Shown: one piece after another, positions 56,445-64,000 of the stretch
Position numbering within the stretch: position 1 is the first letter of the stretch
Layout: each line of letters starts with the position of its first letter
From: Polyangiaceae bacterium
GTDB taxonomy: Bacteria > Myxococcota_A > Polyangia > Polyangiales > Polyangiaceae
Length of the DNA: 64,000 nt
Reading direction: 5' to 3'
Assembly: GCA_965222375.1 (NCBI GenBank)
Contig: CBDCTZ010000016.1
Coordinates: 3,168,001-3,232,000 of the forward strand
Notes under the pieces: model-generated
Databases searched by the model: none
Seen by the model: the letters and a program-made list of their open reading frames with translations, nothing else
What the model was told of the DNA's origin: nothing
Program-made: the position numbers and the translations under genes

Positions 56445-57374
56445 TCACAGCTTGTCGATGTGCACGGTGGAGTTGAGACTAGCTTCTATTTTCACCACGG
56501 GTCGTAGGCTCATGCCGCGTTTTCGATAACCCACACCGTCCTCTTCCTGCTGCGCCTCTTCGGAGACTTGCGCGATGACGCCGCGGAGCTCAACTCGGTC
56601 GCCGTTGTTCAGCGTGCTGAGCTGCGCGTCCGTGCCTGGGGTCCGCCATTTCGCGCTCGCGTCGAGGCTGCTTGCGTGGTTCGTCACCAGTCTGTCGAAC
56701 CACTCTTGGGCGCCAACCTTGCGCGTTGGCGCGTGCAGCTCGGGGGCGGCGTCGAGGTCCGCCACGACCAGGACGCCATCGGCCTCGAGGGTCCAGGGTA
56801 CGGACCACACGACGCGCTCTGCTTTGCCCGTCTCGGTCAGCCACAAGTCGTGCATCAGTCCGGGCTCTGCTCCGGATTCATTGCCAACTAGATGGCCACG
56901 TACCCGCACCCGACTCCCGACCAGGTGCCGTAGTTGCGCCGCGCTATCCGACTTGGGCAGCAACAGGGTGCGGGGGGCCTTCACTCCCGCTGCCAGCTCT
57001 GGAGGCACGACGTCGAATACGAGTTCGTCTCGCGTGCCGCCAATCAGCCGCATCAACACGAGTCCGACGAGCGACGCAAAGAAGCCCACCACGATGCCGA
57101 CGAAGACCAGCAGCAACACATCGCTGAGCAGGCTGTCGACGAAGCGGAGCACCGCTTTTGGCAGGATCAACAGCGGGCTGAGCCACAGCCCATGGCCGAA
57201 GAGCCGCACCAGCTTGCCGAACAGGGTCGCCAGGCGTGCCGAGAGCTGCGTAGGCGGCGCCAGATAGGCCTTTGGGGTGCCAAGTTCGCTCTTTTCGAGT
57301 TGGTCGCCGCGGACGCGGGTTTCGATCAGCTTGTGGGGCCCGAGCCTCTGGAAGAACAGTCGGTGCGCTGGCAC
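56445..57374 (-). CDS. Hypothetical membrane protein
   Basis: 309-aa ORF with 1-2 TM helices and a C-terminal 'GYR' motif; fills the space between neighbours. Confidence 0.65.
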   Translation of the reverse strand: MPAHRLFFQRLGPHKLIETRVRGDQLEKSELGTPKAYLAPPTQLSARLATLFGKLVRLFGHGLWLSPLLILPKAVLRFVDSLLSDVLLLVFVGIVVGFFASLVGLVLMRLIGGTRDELVFDVVPPELAAGVKAPRTLLLPKSDSAAQLRHLVGSRVRVRGHLVGNESGAEPGLMHDLWLTETGKAERVVWSVPWTLEADGVLVVADLDAAPELHAPTRKVGAQEWFDRLVTNHASSLDASAKWRTPGTDAQLSTLNNGDRVELRGVIAQVSEEAQQEEDGVGYRKRGMSLRPVVKIEASLNSTVHIDKL

Positions 57375-57421
57375 GGCCGCAGCATACTCCCCAGGGACGC
57401 CAAATCGGCTATCCTCGAAGC

Positions 57422-57937
57422 GTGAAGCGCCTGGTTGCCCTGATCATTCTCATCGTCCTGACGACTCTGGGGCTCGCTGCGTTCACGGCCACCTACGAGG
57501 CTTCGCATGGTAGTTCACTTTCCTATTCAGAGCTGTGGGGTATTCCGTTTTTGGCGATTCACAGCAGTGACGTCGGTTTTGGCGCGCCGTCGATCATCAG
57601 CTTGGGCCTGCCGGGAATCGGCGTGCTTTCCGTCGGAGTCGGCGGAATCGGGTTGGTGAGCATTGGCGCCATTGGCGGCGGGCTGCTCTTCGGCATTGGA
57701 CAGCTCGGGGCCGGGCTACTCTCGATGGGTCAGCTGAGCCTCGGCGGGCTCATCGGCATTGGGCAGCTGTCCACGGGTTGGGCAGCTCTGGGGCAGCTGG
57801 CCCTTGGTGTACGCGCGCGGGGGCAGGGCTACAAGTGGCGCAAGGGCGGCAAGTTCTTCAAGTCCATGCACGCAGAGTTGGAAGAACTGCTTCGCTTCAG
57901 TTTCGTCGAAGATCGGCTCTGGGCCCGCAAGCGCTGA
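57422..57937 (+). CDS. Gly-rich hypothetical membrane protein
   Basis: Repeated 'GxGQL/GQLxxG' units; hydrophobic N-terminus. Confidence 0.7.
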   Translation: MKRLVALIILIVLTTLGLAAFTATYEASHGSSLSYSELWGIPFLAIHSSDVGFGAPSIISLGLPGIGVLSVGVGGIGLVSIGAIGGGLLFGIGQLGAGLLSMGQLSLGGLIGIGQLSTGWAALGQLALGVRARGQGYKWRKGGKFFKSMHAELEELLRFSFVEDRLWARKR

Positions 57938-58036
57938 CCTCGCGATCAAGTCACCTTGGCACTGCCCCGCTGTCGCTAGCGCGCTCGCCGCGGCGCAACC
58001 TCCCGCAGCTCGCGCGCTAGCGCCGGAGCAATTCTG

Positions 58037-58681
58037 TCAGAGTATGCCGGCGATGCCGAAGACCAGGCCGTAGTTCCGGTCCGTGTAGTCCGCGTCGCCC
58101 GCCTGGGTATCGACGGATCCGGTCAGGCCGAAGTCGATGACCGGCCCAGCTGTGATCAAGAATCCCGGTGTCGGCGCGAACGCTATCTGAAGCTCGGCCG
58201 CGAGGGCGAACTGGGAAGCGTCTGGATCTTGCAGCTGGTAGTAGGTCAACCCGAGTCGCGGCCAGAAGCCGAAGCTTTCGCCCAAGCCGAGCATGTAGCC
58301 GACGCGAGGTGAAAAGAGAAAACCGCTGGAGTCGTCGTCCGTGGTGTTCGCTCCTCTGTCGATGGACGTGCTGACATAGCCAACGTTGCCACCCACGCTG
58401 AGGTTGTCGATGACGAAGTAGTCGATTCCGACACGGGGCAGGTTGAAGGCGCTGCGTGGCGCGTTCCACAGCACACCCAGCGTGCCGTAGGTATCCTCGG
58501 ACTCGTTGCCGCCGACTTCGACGGTCTGGGTATTGGACGTGTAACCCATCAAGCGCTCGGCGCCGAGAACGAGGTTTCCCTTCTTGCCGAGGCCGCGGGC
58601 GCCACCGTCTTCTTGCGCGCCAGCGATGGGGGCGATGAAGAGCGCACCGAGTGCGCTAAGAATTACGAGCTTTGTTCGCAT
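58037..58681 (-). CDS. Outer-membrane beta-barrel protein
   Basis: Signal peptide; 'LGAERLMG', 'PRVGIDYFV.DNLSVGG', 'SPRVGY', 'FWPRLG' alternating strands. Confidence 0.82.
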   Translation of the reverse strand: MRTKLVILSALGALFIAPIAGAQEDGGARGLGKKGNLVLGAERLMGYTSNTQTVEVGGNESEDTYGTLGVLWNAPRSAFNLPRVGIDYFVIDNLSVGGNVGYVSTSIDRGANTTDDDSSGFLFSPRVGYMLGLGESFGFWPRLGLTYYQLQDPDASQFALAAELQIAFAPTPGFLITAGPVIDFGLTGSVDTQAGDADYTDRNYGLVFGIAGIL

Positions 58682-58815
58682 GCTCCAGTCTCCTTTTCTG
58701 CGGGGCACAGGAGCACGCCGCATGCCGAGGAGTTTTTGAGCCAAAAGCCGGAAAAAGTGGGGTTCGTGCGTAGGCTGCAGACGACGATCCGTGGCGCCGA
58801 GACAACGCGAAAACA

Positions 58816-58892
58816 CCTTCGCGCTGTGACGAGAATGTCAGTGTCGGAAAACACGCCTTCGCGCTGCGACGCCAATGTCAGTGTCGGAAAAC
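58816..58892. repeat. 37-bp two-copy tandem repeat (period 40) spanning a stop codon
   Basis: 58816-58852 vs 58856-58892, 3 mismatches; each carries the reverse complement of 'VFRH*' of the carboxyltransferase gene. Confidence 0.85.
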
Positions 58893-60494
58893 GCCGAAGC
58901 TCATACTCGATTCCAGCGGCGCGCTGTACGCCGCGGAGAGCGAGATCCCGAGTACGTCGCGGGTGTGGCGGGGATCGATGATGCCGTCGTCCCACAATCG
59001 CGCGCTGGCGAAGAAGGGATCGCTTTCTTGATCGATCTTCATTTCGATCATCTGCTTGGCCATGGCGAGCTGCTCCTCGTCCACTTCTTGGCCACGTTTC
59101 GCGGCGGCTTGGCGCCGAATGATCTCGAGAACGCCGGCCAACTGCTTGCCGCCCATGACCGCGATGCGGTGATTGGGCCAGGTGAACAGGAAGCGCGGAT
59201 CGTAAGAACGCCCGCACATGGCGTAGTTGCCCGCGCCAAAGCTCGCGCCGGTCATGATCGTGAAGGCTGGCACGCGGCTGTTGGACACGGCATTGATCAT
59301 CTTGGCGCCATTCTTGATGATGCCTTCTTGCTCGTACTTTTTGCCGACCATGAAGCCGGTGATGTTCTGCAAGTAGATCAGCGGCGTGTCCGCCTGGTTG
59401 CACAACTCGATGAACTGCGCTCCCTTGTTGGCACTTTCCGAGAACAAGATCCCGTTGTTGGCGAGGATGCCCACCGGGTAGCCGTGCAAGTGGGCCCAGC
59501 CGCAAATCAGGGTATTGCCGTAGAGGGGCTTGAATTCGGAGAAACGTGAGCCATCGACAATGCGCGCGATGACTTCCCGCGAGTCGAAGGGAATTCGGAT
59601 GTCGTGGCTCGCGATGCCGAGGAGTTCGTCCTGATCGTAGACGGGCTCTTCGATTGCCCGGGAGGGAGCCGGGCCCTGTTTGCTCCAACTCAAATGCGCC
59701 ACGATTTCCCGAGCGATGCGTAGCGCGTCGCGCTCGTCCTCCGCCAAATAATCGCTGACGCCGCTGATCTTGGAGTGCATCTCAGCTCCGCCGAGCTCCT
59801 CGTGGTCCGTCTCTTCGCCCGTCGCCATCTTCACCAGGGGCGGCCCCGCCAAGTAGACCTGGGCCTGGTTCTTCACCATCACCACGTAGTCGCTCATGCC
59901 GGGGATGTAGGCGCCGCCGGCGGTGCTCGAGCCGCACACGACGCAGATGGTCGGCACCTTCATCTCGCTCCGACGGGTGAGATCTCGAAAACCGCGGCCT
60001 CCAGGTACGAAGATCTTGTGCTGATTGGGCAAGTCGGCTCCGGCGCTTTCGATCACGCTGATGCCGGGTAGGCGGTTCTGTTCCGCGATTTCTGCAAGCC
60101 GTCGTGTCTTCTGCACGCCCAGCTCGGCGATGGCGCCGCCTTTTACGGTGGCTTCGCTAGCTGTGACCAGGCACTCCACGCCCGAGACGACACCGATGCC
60201 GCCGATGCTCGACGCGCCGGTGGCGTGTCCGTCGACGTCGTGACCGGCAATGGCGCATAGCTCCAGGAAGTAGCTGTCGCGATCGAGCAAGAGTTCGATG
60301 CGCTCGCGAGGTAGGAGTTTGCCGGCGTCTTGATGACGCTTGACGTACTTTTCGCCGCCGCCGGCTCGCGCCTTTTCGAGCGCTGCGCTCAGGCGCTCGA
60401 GGCTCTTGCTGTTTTCCTCGACGTTCTTCTTGAAGACGTCGTTGCGGCGGTCCACCTGGGTTTTCAGTACCGGGAACGGCTGCTGGGTCTGCAT
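58878..60494 (-). CDS. Acyl-CoA carboxylase beta (carboxyltransferase) subunit, MCC/AtuC-like
   Basis: '[14 protein letters not shown]', 'ESAGADLP', '[12 protein letters not shown]', 'LAGPPLVK', '[19 protein letters not shown]', 'DDGIIDPR'. Confidence 0.94.
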   Translation of the reverse strand: MQTQQPFPVLKTQVDRRNDVFKKNVEENSKSLERLSAALEKARAGGGEKYVKRHQDAGKLLPRERIELLLDRDSYFLELCAIAGHDVDGHATGASSIGGIGVVSGVECLVTASEATVKGGAIAELGVQKTRRLAEIAEQNRLPGISVIESAGADLPNQHKIFVPGGRGFRDLTRRSEMKVPTICVVCGSSTAGGAYIPGMSDYVVMVKNQAQVYLAGPPLVKMATGEETDHEELGGAEMHSKISGVSDYLAEDERDALRIAREIVAHLSWSKQGPAPSRAIEEPVYDQDELLGIASHDIRIPFDSREVIARIVDGSRFSEFKPLYGNTLICGWAHLHGYPVGILANNGILFSESANKGAQFIELCNQADTPLIYLQNITGFMVGKKYEQEGIIKNGAKMINAVSNSRVPAFTIMTGASFGAGNYAMCGRSYDPRFLFTWPNHRIAVMGGKQLAGVLEIIRRQAAAKRGQEVDEEQLAMAKQMIEMKIDQESDPFFASARLWDDGIIDPRHTRDVLGISLSAAYSAPLESSMSFGVFRH

Positions 60495-60506
60495 GCTGGG
60501 CGCAGG

Positions 60507-61616
60507 CTACATTTTTGTGCGCGGTGAGCCAACGGCTCGTGTCATCGCCATGTAACGTTCCGGCTCCGCCAGGGGCTCGAAACCCATCCGTGCGTAGAGG
60601 GAATGGGCGTCCAAGGTGCTCAACATGACTCGCCGCACGTTCTGTAGCTCGTCCAGATCGAGAAGCAGCTGGATCAATCCCCGAGCGGTACCCCGGTGGC
60701 CGTGCTCCGGCAGGACAAAAACGTCCGCAAGCCACGCGAAAGTCGCGCGATCCGTCACCACCCGGGCGAAGCCGACTTGCTGTCCATCTAGATACGCGCC
60801 GGCCACGATCGAGCCTGCGATGGCCCGCTCGACGCGCGCCTTGTCGATGCCTTTCGCCCAGTAGCTCTGCTCCGACAGGTAGCGATGCACGAGAGCCACG
60901 TCCACCCGGGAAGCATCCGTACTGAGCAGGTAGCCTTCGTGTTCGGTTTCGACGATCACGACGCCATGAGCACGCAACTTGGCAGCCACAGCCGGATGCA
61001 CGCGTTCACCGGCACCGGCATTGGGAGCGCGTACTAGAGCTGTGGGTACTTCAGCCAGAGAGATCTCGCCCGCCCAACTGCCGCGGCTCACGTCCGCGAC
61101 GGCGTCCTGAGGCGGTCCGGTGCGGATCTTGGCGGACGCCTCCGTCAAGGAGATAGCGACGACACTCGTGGCGCGCAGCTCGCCGTCGCTGGGTGCCCGA
61201 AGATCCTCGGCTCCCAAGGTGAGTTTTTCCACCATGGCGTCGAGGGCTGCGCTCTTCTCCGCGGCGTCTTGCACCAGTCGCCCTTTGCCAAAGACGACGA
61301 CGGAACGGTAGTTCATCGAGCAGCGAAATGCCGAGCGGGCGATGACGATTCCGTCGGTGAGTGCCACACAGAAACTGACCGGAGCGCCGACCAGGGCCTG
61401 CATGAAGCGCCCGGCTGCCGCACCATGAACGTAGACCTCGCCGCCGATTCGCGCGAACGCGACTGGCAAGACGGTAGGTCCTTCGTCGTCGCTGAAGGCC
61501 AGGCAGGCGACTAGGGCTTGATCCAAGATCCCGTTCAGCGTGGCGGCGTCGAAATGACCTCGCTCGGCGTGTCGGACCAGTCGGGTGCGCTGAGAAGGGG
61601 ATGCGGGTGAGCCCAT
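60507..61616 (-). CDS. Pyridoxamine 5'-phosphate oxidase-like (NimA) domain fused to GNAT acetyltransferase
   Basis: 'GIVIARSAFRCSMNYRSVVVFG', 'ASAKIRTGPP'; GNAT 'SYWAKG', 'QVGFARVVTD..TFAWLADVFV', 'DAHSLY'. Confidence 0.88.
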   Translation of the reverse strand: MGSPASPSQRTRLVRHAERGHFDAATLNGILDQALVACLAFSDDEGPTVLPVAFARIGGEVYVHGAAAGRFMQALVGAPVSFCVALTDGIVIARSAFRCSMNYRSVVVFGKGRLVQDAAEKSAALDAMVEKLTLGAEDLRAPSDGELRATSVVAISLTEASAKIRTGPPQDAVADVSRGSWAGEISLAEVPTALVRAPNAGAGERVHPAVAAKLRAHGVVIVETEHEGYLLSTDASRVDVALVHRYLSEQSYWAKGIDKARVERAIAGSIVAGAYLDGQQVGFARVVTDRATFAWLADVFVLPEHGHRGTARGLIQLLLDLDELQNVRRVMLSTLDAHSLYARMGFEPLAEPERYMAMTRAVGSPRTKM

Positions 61617-61659
61617 GCCCCGATCCTGCAGCCAGTCTGGTATATCAAAAAGAGCCAGA

Positions 61660-63189
61660 ATGAAAATATCTACTAGACCAGTTGGCGCGACGGATGCCGA
61701 GCTGCCGATCGCTCTGGCCAACGCGCCCGGCCAACCGCGCTTTGTCGGGATCGCGCGAGCCGTGACCGAAGAGATCCGGCGTGGGCGCCTCGCGCCCGGC
61801 GCGCGCTTGCCGGGCTCACGCTCATTGGCGCGCCAGTTCGGTGTGAATCGCAACACGGTGCTCGCAGCCCTGTCCGAGCTCGCTGAAGAAGGTTGGATCA
61901 CGACGGAGCCCGCGAGCGGCACCTTCGTGTCCAGAGATCTGCCCCAACAAAAGCCGCGGGCGTTCTCTCGGTCCAAGCGCGACGCGAGCAAGCTCGGTTT
62001 CGCGCTGCGGGGCGACGTGCCGAAGCTACCCGCGCCGGGCTTCGACGGTGCGAAGCCCGGCGGCCTGAACATGGGCGGAGGAGTCCCGGATTTGCGTCTC
62101 GTGCCCAGCGCCGCTCTGGCGCGGGCATATCGCGCGGCTCTGCGCCGGGGCCAAGGCGCGCTGGACTACGGCGACCCACGAGGTGACGCGCGCTTGCGCA
62201 GCATCCTCGCAGAGCACCTAGCCAAGGCGCGCGGCATCGCCCTCACCGACGACGATCTGCTCATCACTCGCGGCAGTCAAATGGCCGTGGACCTCGCGGC
62301 TCGCAGCCTATTCGCTCCCGGAGATGTGATCGCCGTGGAGTCCCTGGGCTACCGACCCGCTTGGCAAGCCCTCGAGGCCGGCGGCGCCAAGCTCAGGCCC
62401 GTGCCCGTCGACGCTCGGGGGCTCGACCTAGGCGCCCTCGAAAAGCTGTGCCGAGCCGAGTCTCGCCTGCGCGGCGTGTACCTCACGCCGCATCATCAAT
62501 ACCCCACGACGGTCACGCTCTCTGCGCCACGCCGCCTGCAGCTGCTCGCCCTAGCCCGCCGCCACGGTTTCGCGATTCTCGAAGACGACTACGACTACGA
62601 GTTCCACTACGAAGGCCGCCCGATCTTGCCCCTGGCAAGCGCCGATGACGCCGGGGTCGTGGTGTACTTCGGCACCCTGAGCAAGATCCTGGCTCCGGGT
62701 TTACGCGTCGGCTACGTTGCCGCGCCGCAGCCGGTGCTGCACGCCATGACGGTAGCCCGCTACTACGTGGACCGCCAGGGAGACCCAGCTCTCGAACGCG
62801 CCGTGGCGGAACTATTCGAAGAAGGCGAAGTCATGCGCCACGCGCGCCGCATGCAGCGGCTCTACCGCGCTCGGCGCGACGCGATGATCGAGCAGCTGCA
62901 GCATCAGTTCGCAGACATACTGAGCTTTCGCGTTCCAGCGGGAGGCATGGCGCTGTGGGTCAAAGTCGCCCCGGACATCGACGTCGACGCCTGGTGTGCC
63001 GCCGCTCATCGTCGCGGCGTCACGATCTACTCCGAGCGGCGCTACGCCTTCCGTCCCGCGACGCCGCGCTACGTGCGCTTGGGCTATGCGACCGCCAACG
63101 ACGAAGAGCGCGCCCACGCCCTCGAGGTGCTGCGCGCAAGCTTGGTGAGGCGCAAGGCGCGGGGGCGAACGGTCAAGAGACCTAAGTAA
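61660..63189 (+). CDS. MocR/GabR family regulator (GntR HTH + PLP-dependent aminotransferase domain)
   Basis: 'RLPGSRSLA..GVNRNTV', 'TPHHQYPT', 'EDDYDYEF', 'GTLSKILAPGLRVG'; divergent from the NimA-GNAT gene. Confidence 0.93.
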   Translation: MKISTRPVGATDAELPIALANAPGQPRFVGIARAVTEEIRRGRLAPGARLPGSRSLARQFGVNRNTVLAALSELAEEGWITTEPASGTFVSRDLPQQKPRAFSRSKRDASKLGFALRGDVPKLPAPGFDGAKPGGLNMGGGVPDLRLVPSAALARAYRAALRRGQGALDYGDPRGDARLRSILAEHLAKARGIALTDDDLLITRGSQMAVDLAARSLFAPGDVIAVESLGYRPAWQALEAGGAKLRPVPVDARGLDLGALEKLCRAESRLRGVYLTPHHQYPTTVTLSAPRRLQLLALARRHGFAILEDDYDYEFHYEGRPILPLASADDAGVVVYFGTLSKILAPGLRVGYVAAPQPVLHAMTVARYYVDRQGDPALERAVAELFEEGEVMRHARRMQRLYRARRDAMIEQLQHQFADILSFRVPAGGMALWVKVAPDIDVDAWCAAAHRRGVTIYSERRYAFRPATPRYVRLGYATANDEERAHALEVLRASLVRRKARGRTVKRPK

Positions 63190-63400
63190 GTAGGTTGGTT
63201 TGGGGTCGAGCATTAGGTCGGACGAGGCCACTACTCCCGCGCCAGGCCACGGGGTTCGAGGGGACGAAGGAGACCCCGTTTAGAGCGACGGGTCGACGAG
63301 TTGGTCCAGGGCGGCTCTCGCTTCGGCCTGGCGCTGCGGTTGAAACTCGCTCCGGGGCATTCCCTTGCGATCCCAAGACCGTGAGTGAACACTGGAGTGC

Positions 63401-64000
63401 ATGGAGTTTCGTGTCCCCACCTGGCCGACGCTGCTACTCGTCGGGTTGATCGCAGGCTGTAGTGACGGCGGAGGGGACAGCTCTGGCGGCACGGCGGGCA
63501 GCGCAGGAGGGGGCGGGGCGAGCTCCGGCGGTCGTGCAGGTGCCGGAACTGGCGCGGCGGGTGGCGGTGGGCTGGCGGGCTCCGGCGCGGGCGGCATGAC
63601 GAGTGGCGGCGGTGCGGGAGCCGCGGGTTCCGGCGCAGCAGCCAGCGGCGGAGCGCCCGGTGGGGGCGGAAGCAGTAGTGGCGGCAGTGCCGGTAGCGGC
63701 GGGGGATGCCCCAGCAACCCGCCGTCCGGACCGTTTCCCCGGAGCTTCGATGTCGCGGCTCTGAACTGCAACCCCACCGGCGCGTGCACCGGCAACGAAG
63801 ACAAGTGCTTTTGTAGCCAGGACTTCGACGCGTTGAACGTCTCGCCCACCCACTTCATGGCCATGGGCAGTGACAAGCACAAGTCCAAGATCTGGAGCGC
63901 AGGAAACGGCCAAGCCGCTTACGTCGACGATCTGAACACGAATTGGACCGCCGGCGGCGCCAACCGCGCGAACGACGTCATGGCTTCGGCAAAGAAGCTG
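63401..64000 (+). CDS. Lipoprotein with Gly-rich linker (3' end truncated by window edge)
   Basis: 'MEFRVPTWPTLLLVGLIAGC' lipobox, Gly/Ser linker, then Cys-containing domain; frame open to the window end (absent from the ORF track). Confidence 0.8.
   Translation, partial: MEFRVPTWPTLLLVGLIAGCSDGGGDSSGGTAGSAGGGGASSGGRAGAGTGAAGGGGLAGSGAGGMTSGGGAGAAGSGAAASGGAPGGGGSSSGGSAGSGGGCPSNPPSGPFPRSFDVAALNCNPTGACTGNEDKCFCSQDFDALNVSPTHFMAMGSDKHKSKIWSAGNGQAAYVDDLNTNWTAGGANRANDVMASAKKL

Noticed and set aside
63190..63400. tRNA or ncRNA (GGTTCGA at about 63253; TTGGGGTCGAGCA-like motif shared with about 30329)
   Set aside because: No cloverleaf could be folded; at most a degenerate REP-like element.

Overview
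High-GC bacterial window, most likely from a myxobacterium (Myxococcota, Polyangiales-like). This is inferred from several Gly/Thr-linker and Cys-rich lipoproteins, a TonB_C-fused TonB-dependent receptor and a myxobacterial-type 'GNMWG..G...GAGGLGLSGIG.GGGG' motif. 1-21.5 kb is an intact flagellar basal-body/hook/export cluster (fliEFGHIJK-flgDE-fliLMNOPQR-flhB-[REC-HDOD]-flhA-flhF-fliA-[HK]-fliW plus a mini rod-type gene) with candidate sigma54 and sigma28 promoters. It has no flhG, its FliM lacks the CheY-binding peptide, and motAB/fliC/csrA are not in the window. 21.5-64 kb is a mixed metabolic/accessory region whose acyl-CoA carboxylase alpha and beta genes lie about 29 kb apart. The standout element is a ~3.6-kb islet between 264-bp direct repeats (48611-48874, 52476-52739). 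It encodes a lipoprotein S8 protease with an (AACAACCA)8 tract right after the start codon, which shifts it out of frame (a predicted phase-variable switch, OFF here), followed by two paralogous 8-Cys lipoproteins. Also notable: a coupled small-gene/ImmA-IrrE metallopeptidase pair (candidate toxin-antitoxin or defence module), a non-coding array of TTAGTCGATCGACTAA palindromes, and recurrent 36-39-bp duplications at gene boundaries. No tRNA, rRNA, cas, integrase or transposase was recognised.
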